Source: an uncultured Acidobacteriota bacterium (GTDB lineage: Bacteria; Acidobacteriota; Thermoanaerobaculia; Multivoradales; SZUA-115). Taken from it: a stretch of DNA of 64,000 nt. Shown one piece after another: positions 9,476 through 19,801 of this stretch (positions within the stretch are counted from its first letter, which is position 1; each line of letters starts with the position of its first letter). The DNA is taken from contig CAWDVR010000005.1 in the NCBI GenBank assembly GCA_963805975.1, forward strand, positions 320,001 through 384,000. Direction: 5' to 3'. The translations under genes were made by a program, and so were the position numbers. A model generated the notes under the pieces. It saw only the letters and a list, made by a program, of their open reading frames with translations, did no database searches and had not been told where the DNA came from.

Positions 9476-10427
9476 GCGCCTGCTGGGCATCACGCCCGTG
9501 CCGGTGCCGCCGCACGCCTTCGGCGTGGACGGCGAGCGCCTGTCCTACCTGCGCCTCGAGCGCGGTGGCGGCGGCCTGACGGTGGCGGCCTTCCGCTCCG
9601 TGGACCTGCCGCCGGAGGCCTTCCACGAGGGTCTGCTCGGTGGCACCTTGAAAGAGGTGCGCGGCTTCCGCGACGCGCTGGCGGCACTCGTCCGGCAGCT
9701 TCCGGGAACGGTGAAGGCGGCCTCGCTGGTGCTGCCCGACGCCTGGCTGCGAGTGGCCTTCACCGAGAGCGGCGATCTGCCGGCAAGCGGCCGGGCGCTC
9801 GACGACGTGCTGCGCTTCAAGCTCCGGCGGCTGGTGCCCTTCCGGGTGGACGAGCTGCGCGTGCGGGGGATCGAGATCGAGCCTCTGCCGAGCCAGGCCG
9901 AGCCGCGGCGCCTGCTCCTGGGGTTCGGCCTCGAGCAGCTCCTCGCGCAGCTCGAGGACGCCTTCGAGGCGGTCGGAGTGCAGCTCGGCCAGATCACCGG
10001 CGAGAGCCTCGCCCTCTTGGGCGCAGTCCACGGCGGAGAGGCCGACGGCGGCCTCCAGAGCCTGGCCCTGGTGGGCCCGGCGGGCTACTCGACGGTCTTC
10101 GCGCGGGGCGGAAAGCCGGTCCTGGCGCGCTACAAGGCGGCGGCCTCCGACCTGGCTGTCGAGGCCCGTGCCTCGATGGTGCGGCGCGACATGCGCCTGA
10201 CGCGCTCCTTCGTCGACGAGCAGCTCCCGGACCTGGCCCTCGGGCCGCTGCTCCTGGCCGCGCCCGCCGAGCTCGGCGGGCCCTGGGGCGAGTGGCTGGC
10301 CGAAGGGCTTGGCGTGCCGGTCGAGCCGCTCGCGCTCCGCCACCTGCCGGCGGTCGCCGGCCTTGCCGACCTCGACCTCTGGCGCGTGGCGCCACTCCTG
10401 GGCGCCGCCACGCAGGAGGTCGCATGA
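9444..10427 (+). CDS. PilM/GspL-like cytoplasmic alignment protein
   Basis: Position after the ATPase and before PilN/PilO-like genes; actin-like alternation (SLVLPD, LRRLVPF). Start codon uncertain. Confidence 0.6.
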   Translation: MRSINLPSWSERLLGITPVPVPPHAFGVDGERLSYLRLERGGGGLTVAAFRSVDLPPEAFHEGLLGGTLKEVRGFRDALAALVRQLPGTVKAASLVLPDAWLRVAFTESGDLPASGRALDDVLRFKLRRLVPFRVDELRVRGIEIEPLPSQAEPRRLLLGFGLEQLLAQLEDAFEAVGVQLGQITGESLALLGAVHGGEADGGLQSLALVGPAGYSTVFARGGKPVLARYKAAASDLAVEARASMVRRDMRLTRSFVDEQLPDLALGPLLLAAPAELGGPWGEWLAEGLGVPVEPLALRHLPAVAGLADLDLWRVAPLLGAATQEVA

Positions 10428-11059
10428 GCGTTCCGATGATGAACCTGGCGCGGCGCCATTTCGTCAACAGCCGGCCGGTGACGCGGCTCGCGGTGGGGCT
10501 CTGGCTGCTCTCGGTCCTGGCGCTCGCCGCCAACGTCTGGCTGTACAAGAGCTACTACCAGGGAAGCGGCGCCCGCGCCCGCCGTCTGGCCGAGATCGAG
10601 CAGGCGCTGGTGAAGGAACGCAACTTCATCGCCGAGCGCCAGGCCGTGCTCGAGCCGCTCCGCCTCGCGCAGCAGAACGCCACCGTGGACTTCCTCAACC
10701 GCAAGATCTCGGAGCGCGCCTTCTCCTGGAGCCGGCTCTTCGAGCGCCTCGGCGAGGTGATGCCCGACCGCGTGCGCCTGACCTCGCTGGGCCAGGACCA
10801 GAAGGCCGAACGCAAGGCCGGCCCGGTCGAGGCAGAGGCGTCCCAGGAGAAGGTCGTCCACTTCCAGATCTCCGGGCAGGCCGACGAGGACGGGGCGCAC
10901 CTGGCCTTCGTCGACGCTCTGTTCGAGCACCCGAACTTCCGCGATCCGAACCTGCTCCGCGAGTCGCAGCGCGAGGGCGACTTCGTGAGCTTCGACGTCT
11001 CCGTGGACTACCTGCCGGCGCGCCCGGTCGCGAGCGCTGCCGGCGAGGGTGCGCCGTGA
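10424..11059 (+). CDS. PilN-like protein
   Basis: NLARRHFVN N-terminus, single TM, coiled coil, SWSRLFERLGEVMPDRVRL motif. Confidence 0.75.
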   Translation: MSVPMMNLARRHFVNSRPVTRLAVGLWLLSVLALAANVWLYKSYYQGSGARARRLAEIEQALVKERNFIAERQAVLEPLRLAQQNATVDFLNRKISERAFSWSRLFERLGEVMPDRVRLTSLGQDQKAERKAGPVEAEASQEKVVHFQISGQADEDGAHLAFVDALFEHPNFRDPNLLRESQREGDFVSFDVSVDYLPARPVASAAGEGAP

Positions 11060-11655
11060 GCACCTGGGTCGAGGTCTTCCGCCGGCGGCCGGTCCTGTGG
11101 GTGCCGCCGCTCGCCTTCCTGGTCTTGAACATCGTGGCCCTGGCCTTCTACCGCTTCAACTTCGCCAGCGAGTCGGCCGGTGTTGCCGAGCGCCTGGTCG
11201 TGAAGGAGCGGCAGCTCGAGAGCGTGACCGCGGAGCGCCGGCAGCTCGACGCCTTCGTCGAGCGCGCCGAGGTCAACCGCCGCCTGGTCGACGAGATCTA
11301 CCGCGAGCGGCTGGCCACCCGCCGCCAGCGCCTGACGCAGGTGACCGAGGAGGTCAAGACGCTCGCCCGCCGCGCCGGGCTCGACCCGCGCTCGATCACC
11401 TACCCCGAGGAGGCGATCGAGGAGTTCGGCGTCGTCGAGCGCGCCTTCGTGTTCTCGGTCTCGGGCACCTACGCCGAGCTGCGCAACTTCATCAACTTCC
11501 TCGAGCTCTCGCCGTCGCTGCTCACGCTCAAGAAGGTGGACCTCTCGGGCGACCGCGAGGGCAGCGGCGAGCTCGCGATCAGCCTCGAGCTGGCGACGCT
11601 GTTCGCGGTCGAGAGCCCGGCACCCGCGGCCGCAGGCGGAGGGCCCTCGACATGA
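11056..11655 (+). CDS. PilO/GspM-like protein
   Basis: TM plus coiled coil plus VSGTYAELRNFINFLE motif. Confidence 0.75.
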   Translation: MSTWVEVFRRRPVLWVPPLAFLVLNIVALAFYRFNFASESAGVAERLVVKERQLESVTAERRQLDAFVERAEVNRRLVDEIYRERLATRRQRLTQVTEEVKTLARRAGLDPRSITYPEEAIEEFGVVERAFVFSVSGTYAELRNFINFLELSPSLLTLKKVDLSGDREGSGELAISLELATLFAVESPAPAAAGGGPST

Positions 11656-12290
11656 GCCCGCGCCTGAAGATGCTCCTGGGCGTGCTCGGGGTGGCGGCGG
11701 TGATCTTCCTGTGGAGCCAGCTCAGGCCGCAGGACGAGGTGCCCGCGGCCGCCGTCTCGCCGCTCGACAGGAAGATCGGCGGCACGACGCCTGGCCGCAC
11801 GGGGTCGAGGACCGGCGGGCGCTCCGGCGGGCGCCGGGATGCGCCGGCGGTCACCACCGTCTCCGAGCTGCGCCTGGCCGATCTCGAGCCGGCGACCGGC
11901 GGCTTCCACACCGGCCGCAACCCCTTCGCCTTCGTGGCGGCGCCTCCTCCGCCCCCTCCTCCTCCGCCCCCGCCGCCGACCAAAGAGCAGATCGCGGCGC
12001 GGCTGGCGGCCGAGGAGGCGGCGCAGCGGGCGGCGGCAGCGGCAGCGGTCGAGGCGACCAAGCCCAAGCCGCCGCGGATCACCTTCTCCTACCTCGGCAG
12101 CTTCGGCCCGCCGTCGCGGCGGATCGCCGTGCTGTCCCAGGGCGAGACGACCTACAACGCCATGGTCGGCGACGTGATCGAGGGCAAGTTCCGTCTGGTG
12201 GCGATCGGTTTCGAGTCGGTGGAAATTGGTTTCGTCGATTTTCCAAACCAGCCCCCGGCGCAGTTGCCGGTCGGCGAAAAGGGAAGCTGA
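11652..12290 (+). CDS. PilP/GspC-like proline-rich periplasmic linker protein
   Basis: N-terminal TM, GRNPF motif, poly-Pro, small C-terminal beta domain (GDVIEGKFRL); lies directly before the secretin. Confidence 0.6.
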   Translation: MSPRLKMLLGVLGVAAVIFLWSQLRPQDEVPAAAVSPLDRKIGGTTPGRTGSRTGGRSGGRRDAPAVTTVSELRLADLEPATGGFHTGRNPFAFVAAPPPPPPPPPPPPTKEQIAARLAAEEAAQRAAAAAAVEATKPKPPRITFSYLGSFGPPSRRIAVLSQGETTYNAMVGDVIEGKFRLVAIGFESVEIGFVDFPNQPPAQLPVGEKGS

Positions 12291-12292
12291 AG

Positions 12293-14809
12293 ATGCGTGA
12301 GAGAAAAGTTCTGCTAGGCGCGCTGCTGGCGCTCGTCGTCTTCAGCTCCTGTACCAGTTACCGCAACTACCGGCGGGCGCAGATGGCCGCCACGGCCGAG
12401 GACTGGGACCAGGCCGTCGTCTTCTACATGAAGGCGGTGGACGAGAACCCGGGGAACATCACCTACAAGGCGGCCCTGCTCAGGGCCAAGATGCGCGCCT
12501 CGCAAGAGCACTTCAACAAGGCGCGCCGCTACCAGCAGACGGAGGTGCTCGAACGCGCCCTGATCGAGTACCAGCAGGCGGTGGCCCTCGACCCTTCCAA
12601 CCAGTCGGCCGCCGTCGAGCTCGAGAAGGTGCGCCTCGCCCTCGTCGCCCAGCGCGAGAACCGCAAGTCGGACGACACCCTCGACGATCTCAAGCGCCGG
12701 GTGAGCCTGGAGAGCCAGCCGCCGCAGCTCAACCCGCGCTCCAACGAGCCCATCGATCTCGAGTTCCCGGAGCCGGTGTCGATCATGGACATCTACCGGG
12801 CGCTGGGGCGCGCCTTCGGCATCAACATCCTCTTCGACCCCAACTTGAAGGACCAGGAGCTGGGCGTCGAGCTCAAGCAGGTGCGGGCCCAGGACGCGCT
12901 CGAGTTCCTGATGCGCGCCGCCAACCACTTCTACAAAGTGCTCGACCCGCAGACCATCATCATCATCGCCGACACGCCGCAGAACCGCCGCAACTACGAG
13001 GACCTGGTGATCAAGACCTTCTTCCTGTCGAACGCGGAGGTGAAGGACGTGGTCACCATGCTGCGCAGCCTGATCGACGCCAAGAAGATCGCCACCAATG
13101 ACCGGTTGAACGCCATCATCCTGCGCGACACCGCCGACAAGGTGAAGGTGGCCGAGCGCATCATCACCGCCAACGACAAGGCGCGGGCCGAGGTGGTGGT
13201 CGACGTCGAGCTGCTGCAGATCAACACCACCAAGCTCAAGGACCTGGGAGTCACCTGGCCGAGCCAGATCTCGACCGGCATCGACCTCGGTGAGGACGTG
13301 CCGATCCGGCTCTCCGACCTCGAGTTCCTGAACCAGAGCAACTGGACGATCACCATCCCCAACTTCGTCTACGACTTCGTCAAGACCTCGACCGACGCCC
13401 AGCTCCTCGCCAAGCCGCAACTGCGCATCAGCGAGGGCGAGAAGGCGAGCCTGGTGATCGGCGACCGGGTGCCGATCCCGGTGACCAGCTTCAACACCGC
13501 CAACACGGTGGGCAGCAACATCGTGCCCATCACCTCGTTCCAGTACCAGGACGTCGGCATCAAGATCAACCTCGAGCCGCGCGTGCACCACAACAAGGAA
13601 GTCACGCTCAAGGTGATGGTCGAGGTGTCGAACCTCTCCGGCCAGGTGCAGAGCGGCGGCAGCTCGCAGCCGATCATCGGCACCCGCACCATCGAGTCGA
13701 CCATCCGCTTGAAGGACGGCGAGACCAACTTCCTGGCCGGCCTGATGCGCACCGACGAGACGGTCTCCGACAGCGGCGTGCCGGGCCTCTCGGACATCCC
13801 GGTCCTGGGCCGCCTGTTCTCGAAGAACCGCAACCAGAACCAGCGCACCGACGTGATCCTGACCTTGACGCCGCACATCATCCGTTCGGCCGACATCACC
13901 GAGGAGGACCTGCTGCCGATCTGGGTGGGCACCGAGGCCAACGTCACCTTCCGCGGCGGCAGCCCGCGGGTCGAGTCCGAGGTCGAGGGGCCGTTCGAGG
14001 AGGAGGTCGAGCCCACCACCGGCGAGGACATCCGCGAGCTCATCCAGAAGCGCATCCAGCAGCTCCCGGGCGGCTCGCCCGAGGAGCAGCAGAAGCCGGC
14101 GCCGCCGTCGGGCATCGACCTGGTGCCGGGAGGCCCGGGCAACGTGCTCCAGCCGCAGCCGCCGGCGGAGGAGCCGGTCTTCGAGCCGCCGCCGTTCGGC
14201 GTGCCCTCCGAGGAGGAGATCCCGCCGCCGGACGGACCGGGGTTCACGGGCGGCGGCGGCGGTGGCGGCTTCGCGGGCGGCACCTCGTCCTCGACCTTGC
14301 AGCTCGTCCATCCCTACCCGCAGGTGGTCCACGCCGCGATCGGCAACGCCGCCGTGGCCCTGCACTTCGCGCCCCGGCAGATGACCGTGGTGGCCGGCGA
14401 CACCTTCGAGCTGACGCTCGCCGCCGAGGCCCACCGGCCGGTCTCGCACCTGCCCGTCACCCTGGCCTACGACCACCGGCGGCTGGAGGTGGTGGCGGTG
14501 CGCGCCGGCGATTTCCTGGGCGACTCCTCCAAGGGCCAGGTGCTGGCGGACTTCTCCCGCCCCGGCGAGGTGGTGATCGGCGCCAGCCGGCTGGGTGCCG
14601 TGCCCTCGGTTTCCGGCCGCGGCTCGGTGGCGGTGATCACCTTCCGCGCGCTCTCCCACGGCACCACCGAGGTGCGCTTCCGGCAGGCGCAGGCGCTCAG
14701 CGTCGATCTGGCGCCCCTGGCCCCGGTCTCCGCCGAGCCGGCGCGGATCGAGATCCGGGTCGACCGGCCGGTGAACGAGCGCCCACCGAGACCGCCGCAG
14801 GAGACCTAG
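12293..14809 (+). CDS. Lipoprotein secretin (GspD/PilQ family) with N-terminal TPRs and a C-terminal cohesin-like domain
   Basis: Lipobox FSSC, TPR-like helices, secretin core (QYQDVGIK, GVPGLSDIPVLGRLF, TPHII), Pro/Gly linker, then a beta-sandwich. Confidence 0.88.
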   Translation: MRERKVLLGALLALVVFSSCTSYRNYRRAQMAATAEDWDQAVVFYMKAVDENPGNITYKAALLRAKMRASQEHFNKARRYQQTEVLERALIEYQQAVALDPSNQSAAVELEKVRLALVAQRENRKSDDTLDDLKRRVSLESQPPQLNPRSNEPIDLEFPEPVSIMDIYRALGRAFGINILFDPNLKDQELGVELKQVRAQDALEFLMRAANHFYKVLDPQTIIIIADTPQNRRNYEDLVIKTFFLSNAEVKDVVTMLRSLIDAKKIATNDRLNAIILRDTADKVKVAERIITANDKARAEVVVDVELLQINTTKLKDLGVTWPSQISTGIDLGEDVPIRLSDLEFLNQSNWTITIPNFVYDFVKTSTDAQLLAKPQLRISEGEKASLVIGDRVPIPVTSFNTANTVGSNIVPITSFQYQDVGIKINLEPRVHHNKEVTLKVMVEVSNLSGQVQSGGSSQPIIGTRTIESTIRLKDGETNFLAGLMRTDETVSDSGVPGLSDIPVLGRLFSKNRNQNQRTDVILTLTPHIIRSADITEEDLLPIWVGTEANVTFRGGSPRVESEVEGPFEEEVEPTTGEDIRELIQKRIQQLPGGSPEEQQKPAPPSGIDLVPGGPGNVLQPQPPAEEPVFEPPPFGVPSEEEIPPPDGPGFTGGGGGGGFAGGTSSSTLQLVHPYPQVVHAAIGNAAVALHFAPRQMTVVAGDTFELTLAAEAHRPVSHLPVTLAYDHRRLEVVAVRAGDFLGDSSKGQVLADFSRPGEVVIGASRLGAVPSVSGRGSVAVITFRALSHGTTEVRFRQAQALSVDLAPLAPVSAEPARIEIRVDRPVNERPPRPPQET

Positions 14810-15324
14810 TGTCGTCCGGGAACCCAAGACCGGCGTTCATGCCAAGCCTCGTTGTGAGAGAACGGAGCGCCGGCAGCTCCGCCGGGTTCACGCTGGCGGA
14901 GCTGGTGATGGTGGCCATCATCCTCATCGTGCTGGCCGCCGCCACCTTCCCGGTGGTCAAGTTCGCCAGCCGGCGGATGAAGGAGTCCGAGCTGCGGCAC
15001 GACCTCAGGAGCATGCGCCTCGCCGTCGACGAGTACAAGCGCTACAGCGACGCCGGCCTGATCCCCATCGACCTCGGCAGCGAGGGCTACCCCAAGGACC
15101 TGGAAACCCTGGTCGAGGGCGTCGACCTGGTCGGGCAGGTGGACAAGAAAGCCCGCTTCCTGCGCCGCATCCCCATCGATCCGATGACCAGCGAGGCGGA
15201 GTGGGGGCTGCGCAGCTTCCAGGACGAGCCCGACTCGGACTCCTGGGGGGGCGAAAACGTGTTCGACGTCTACTCGCTGTCCGAAGGCGTGGGCCTGAAC
15301 GGCGTCCCCTACCGAGAGTGGTGA
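14809..15324 (+). CDS. GspG-like pseudopilin
   Basis: Prepilin site AG|FTLAE; FLRRIPIDPMT. Confidence 0.85.
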   Translation: MSSGNPRPAFMPSLVVRERSAGSSAGFTLAELVMVAIILIVLAAATFPVVKFASRRMKESELRHDLRSMRLAVDEYKRYSDAGLIPIDLGSEGYPKDLETLVEGVDLVGQVDKKARFLRRIPIDPMTSEAEWGLRSFQDEPDSDSWGGENVFDVYSLSEGVGLNGVPYREW

Positions 15325-15800
15325 GCGGCATGGACAGAATGATCGGGATCAGACGACGCCTCTTCGGGGGCCGCGGCAAAGACCGCAGCCAGGGCGGCTT
15401 CACGCTGCTCGAGATGATCATCGTGGTGGGCATCATCGGCATCCTGGCCGGCATCATCATGCCCAACCTGATCGACCGGCCGCGGCGGGCCAAGGAAGCC
15501 GTGCTGCGCCAGAACCTCTTCACCCTGCGCGACGTGCTCGACCAGTACTACGGCGACAAGGGGCACTACCCGGAGGAGCTGACCGACGTGGTGGACGCCG
15601 GCTATCTGCGGGCGGTGCCGGTCGACCCGATCACCGGCAGCAACGAGACTTGGGTGGTGGTCTACGAGGAGGAGGATCCGGACAATCCCGGTCCCGAGAG
15701 CGACGAGGGCGAGGACGGCGAAGGCGGCCCGGGGATCATCGACATTCACTCCGGCTCCGAGGAGCTCTCCCTCGACGGCGAGCCCTACGGCGAATGGTGA
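15321..15800 (+). CDS. GspG-like pseudopilin
   Basis: Prepilin site GG|FTLLE; YLRAVPVDPIT. Confidence 0.85.
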   Translation: MSGMDRMIGIRRRLFGGRGKDRSQGGFTLLEMIIVVGIIGILAGIIMPNLIDRPRRAKEAVLRQNLFTLRDVLDQYYGDKGHYPEELTDVVDAGYLRAVPVDPITGSNETWVVVYEEEDPDNPGPESDEGEDGEGGPGIIDIHSGSEELSLDGEPYGEW

Positions 15801-16657
15801 GCCCGCGTCTCTCTCGCGCGCCGCAAAGCCAGGCCGGCTACACCCTGGCGGCGCTGGCCATCGCCGTGACCGTGATGTCCATCCTCACGGCGGTGGCGCT
15901 GCCGGTGTGGAGCAAGGCCATCCAGCGCGAGAAGGAAGAAGAGCTGATCGCCCGCGGGCTCCAGTACGCGGAGGCGATCCGCGTCTTCAGGAGCAAGTTC
16001 GGGCGCGCGCCGGTGCGGCTGCAGGAGCTGATCGAGGTCGAGCCGCGCACCATCCGCCGGCTGTGGCCGGACCCCATGATGGAGGATGGCGAGTGGGGCC
16101 TGCTGCTCGAAAACGCACAGCAACTGCAGCCCGTTCCAGGCATTCCACCCGGCCAGGCTCCAGGCTCCCGACGGGAGGACAACGGCCGGGGCTCGGACGA
16201 AGGTGAAGAAGGCAGGCAAGACGAGGAGGGCAAGCTCCCCGACGGCACGCCGCCGATCCCGGTGTCCAACCTCTTCGGCGAGGACAGCGAGGCCGGCACC
16301 CAGGTCACCATCGGGCCGATCATGGGCGTCGTCAGCCGTAGCAAAGAGGAGTCGCTGAAGGTCTTCCTCGACACCAACCGTTACGACCAGTGGAAGTTCA
16401 ACTACCAGATGCTGGCCGCCACCACGGGCTTCAATCCCCCGGGCGGCGGCGCCAATCTCGCCGTGGGCACCCGCCCGCAGTGGATCGGCCGGCCCTGGCG
16501 GCCGGGCATCGTGCCCCCCGGCTTCGGCCAGGTGCCGGGCCAGCAGCCGGTGATGCAGCCCGGGGGCGAGGGCTTCGGCATCCCCGGCGGCCAACCGCTC
16601 CCCGGCGGCAAGCCCGGCGCAGCCGTCAAGCCTGGCTCCGGCGGCGAAGAACAATAG
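15794..16657 (+). CDS. Minor pseudopilin lacking Glu5 (GspK/PilX-like)
   Basis: AG|YTLAA followed by a hydrophobic helix; REKEEELI; IRRLWPDPM. Confidence 0.7.
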   Translation: MVSPRLSRAPQSQAGYTLAALAIAVTVMSILTAVALPVWSKAIQREKEEELIARGLQYAEAIRVFRSKFGRAPVRLQELIEVEPRTIRRLWPDPMMEDGEWGLLLENAQQLQPVPGIPPGQAPGSRREDNGRGSDEGEEGRQDEEGKLPDGTPPIPVSNLFGEDSEAGTQVTIGPIMGVVSRSKEESLKVFLDTNRYDQWKFNYQMLAATTGFNPPGGGANLAVGTRPQWIGRPWRPGIVPPGFGQVPGQQPVMQPGGEGFGIPGGQPLPGGKPGAAVKPGSGGEEQ

Positions 16658-16662
16658 CGGCC

Positions 16663-17124
16663 GTGAGCCCGCCGTCTCCGCTCCGCGTCCGCCTGCGGCG
16701 CCTGCCCCACGCCACGGACCTGCCTCTTCCCTGCCCCGCCTCGCCCGGCAGCGCCGGCTGCGATCTGCGGGCGGCGATCGCCGCCGAGATCACCCTCGCA
16801 CCCGGCGCTCGGGCGCTCGTTCCCACCGGCCTGGTGCTCGAGATCCCGCCCGGCTTCGAGGGCCAGGTACGGCCGAGAAGCGGCCTCGCCATCCGCCACG
16901 GCCTCACCATGGTGAACGGGCCGGGCACCATCGACAGCGACTACCGCGGCGAGGTCGCCGTGCCGCTCATCAACCTCGGCCAGGAGCCCATCACCCTGCG
17001 CCACGGCGACCGCATCGCCCAGCTCCTCGTGACCCCCGTGCTGGCGGTGGCGTTCGAGGAGGCGGAAGAGCTGTCCGAGAGCGAGCGGGGCGAGGGCGGG
17101 TTCGGGTCTACGGGGGTGGGGTAG
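16663..17124 (+). CDS. dut: dUTP diphosphatase
   Basis: AGCDL, RPRSGLA, GTIDSDYRGE, RIAQL and RGEGGFGSTG motifs. Confidence 0.96.
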   Translation: MSPPSPLRVRLRRLPHATDLPLPCPASPGSAGCDLRAAIAAEITLAPGARALVPTGLVLEIPPGFEGQVRPRSGLAIRHGLTMVNGPGTIDSDYRGEVAVPLINLGQEPITLRHGDRIAQLLVTPVLAVAFEEAEELSESERGEGGFGSTGVG

Positions 17125-17414
17125 GGAGCGAGGCCGGCGACCAGCCTCGTCCGCAACGACAAGCCTCCTGCGCCAGGCTGCCCACCACGAAGTCGCCCGA
17201 CTCGCTCTTGCAATCGAGGTCGAGGGAGAACTTCACCTCCTCCACGAAGTCGAGGTCATGGGTGCCTACGGTAGCAATGGCCGCCGGACGGCAACCTTCC
17301 CAGTCCCTCTTCGGCCACCCGGTCACACTACACGGGAAAGAGCTCAATCAACCACGAAAGACGGCCTGCGCGGTCTCAGCCGCGAGCCCACGCGCCTGCC
17401 GCGAAAGGAAGATC

Positions 17415-19292
17415 ATGCCCTCGTCGATCCGCAGCTCGAGCGTCCTCGCGCTCTCCCTGGAGACGGTCGCCTTCCTGGCTGCGGCCGGGACGGCCCGGTT
17501 CACCGAGGCCGGCTCTCCCACCACCGCCCTGCCGAGCTTCTTCCCGCCCGCCGCTGCGGTGGAGCTGCGGAAGCTGGCGCCTTCGACCAGCGGGGCCACC
17601 GTGGAGCTCACCGCCGTTCTGGACGCCGCGGGGATCACGCGCCTGGCCCAGATCACCGGGCAGCGTGCGCTCGCTCACGTCGTGGTCGGCGGGCAGCGGC
17701 TGGTGTTGCACGACGACGGGCAGGCAGGCGACCGCATGGCCGGCGACGGCAGGTTCACGGCGCTGACTTTTCTCGACCCCAACGACGTCCTGGCGCGGGC
17801 CGCGCTCGAGGAGCGCCTCGCCGCCGCCGGCCACCTCGATCGCCTGCCGGTCTTCCGCGACCGCGAGCTGGTGGGCCGCGAGTCCCGGCGGCCCCTGTCG
17901 GCACGGGATTTCGCCGCCGGCCTGCCGGTCGAGATCAAGCCCCTGCCGGCGGGGCCCGAGGGCAATGGCTCGAACCAGGACTTCGAGAATGCGGTCATCT
18001 ACTCGCTGTTCATCTCCAACAACCTCCCGAGCGGCTTGCCGCCGCCGGTGTTCTGGGACCTCACCCGCATCTACGATCCTTGCTTCGAGGAGGGCAACGG
18101 GGACGGGGTGTGGACCTTCGGCCACCTGATGCGGCAGATGGCGAGCGGTTCGGGGTTGTCGGCCGAGGAGTTCACCGAGCAGTGGCTGACCCTCTACACC
18201 GCGGACCAGACGACAGACCTCACGAACCAGTTCACCGTCCCGGCGGTGTCCGGCGCGCAACAGTTCATCGCGGATTGGAAAGCGGCCGGCGGAGGCCAGA
18301 TCGACCTCGATCACCCACCCTTCCGGTTGCAGGCCATCGTGCCGCGCGTCGATCTGCGCAAGGGAGCCTCGAGCCCCTATGGCGGCACCCACGACGGCGG
18401 CGAGCTGCGGTTCATCTTCGGCGCCGTCCAGCCGCTCGATAGCTGTACGCCGATCGATTTCTCGGTGATCGTCGAGTACGGCGTGCCGATCGACGACTGC
18501 TTGACCCTTCGCCAATGGGCCCGCGGCTGGCGCGACCTAACCGCCCTCGGGCTCGACCTGGAGAACGAGGAGCCCTATCTCTCGGCGCTCGAAGCGCTCA
18601 CCACCCAGATCACCGAGGCGGGAAGCGATCCGGCCAACCCCAACGGCAGCGCCCTCAACCAGTTGCGTTCCAACGAGCTCGACCTGGGCTCCAATTGCTG
18701 CTGGCGGATCCGCGAGTTCCACCTCGAGGGCTCCGGCCTTCTCGAGTAGGCCACCACCGCGGACACGCCGGATGCGATCTTCCGCTTCGGCATTCCCCAG
18801 CACAAGGTCTTCGATGCGCTGGTCCTCTCGCCCTCGACGCCCGGCGCACCGGCCTTCATGACCGATCCGATGAGCGGGCAGCAGGTCCGCTTCCTCGGTG
18901 CCGAGGCGATCGTCGGCTTTCCGCACGACGGGCCGGCCTGGGGCTCCACCAGCGACCTCGACTTCTCGTCGGAGGCGATGAGCGATCAGCGCCATCGGCG
19001 GGGATTGCAGACCTGCAGCGGCTGTCACGGCACGGAGACCGGGACGCTCAGGGCGCACATGATTCACCCGGTCACGGGTGAGATGTCGCCCTTCCTGATC
19101 GGCGCGGATTTCCCCGACACCGACAGCCCGAAGACCGTGTTGGACCCGGTGGCGCCGGTCAATACTCCGGGCTCGAAGTACCGCTCGTTCTTCGATCTCC
19201 TACTCCGGTACAACGACCTCAACACAGCCGCCAACCGGCTGTGCGCGGTCGTCGCGGTGGACGAGCTTGCGCTCGCCCAGCTCGAGGAATAG
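17415..19292 (+). pseudogene. Large exported protein with a choice-of-anchor-X-like motif and a CxxCH heme motif, interrupted by an in-frame TAG at 18747-18749
   Basis: LHDDGQAGDRMAGDGRFT motif. The reading frame continues past the TAG (GLLE*ATTADTP) into TCSGCH and ends at 19292. Confidence 0.6.
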
Positions 19293-19798
19293 CCGCCTTG
19301 TCGGGAGCTCCTGAGGGCTCCCACCGGCGAGGCCGGTGGCCGGCTGGCGCTGGTAGTGATCCACTCGGACGCGGTGGTCAAGGCCTCGGGCAGCTCGCGG
19401 TACGGCCGCTACGACCTCTTCGTCCGCACCCGGCTGGATGACCGGATCGAGGGCGAGATCCGCGAGGGCCTCGAAAAGGCGATCGTCGGGGCTCGTGCGC
19501 GCGCCGCGAACCTGGATCTGCCGGCGATCGAGGCGGTCTTCGAGGTCGGTGGGGTGCGCTCGGCCATGGTGACGACCGAGGGAGAGAGCGAGACGAACGA
19601 GATCGCCACCGTCATGCTGCCCGCGGGTTTCATGGTGCTGCTCCTGGCCTGGCGCAGGTCTGGCTGTCGATCGCGATCGGCGTGGCGGGCGTCTACGCCG
19701 CGCTGTGGGCGGCGGCCAAGATCTTCCGCATCGGCCTCCTGATGTTCGGCAAGCCGCCCAACTTCGCGACCTTGATTCGCTGGATCAGGATGGCGTGA
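19293..19798 (+). pseudogene. Remnant of an ABC-2/NatB-type permease with missing 5' end and an internal deletion
   Basis: Extracellular loop plus first TM (MLPAGFMVLLL) joined out of frame to the typical C-terminus AAKIFRIGLLMFGKPPNFATLIRWIRMA*. Confidence 0.6.
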
Positions 19799-19801
19799 GG
19801 G

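Noticed and set aside
11940-12060. CCT/CCG and GCG low-complexity repeats
   Set aside because: They encode the poly-Pro/Ala linker of the PilP-like protein.
7856-14827. Long antisense ORFs (e.g. 7856-9493, 12314-14827, also 35848-38376 and 41675-43978)
   Set aside because: These are shadow ORFs caused by high GC3 codon bias opposite well-supported genes.
18747-18749. Pyrrolysine or genome-wide TAG recoding
   Set aside because: TAG serves as a normal stop for many genes here (pilC, dut, gltA, trmFO), and no pyl genes are in the window.
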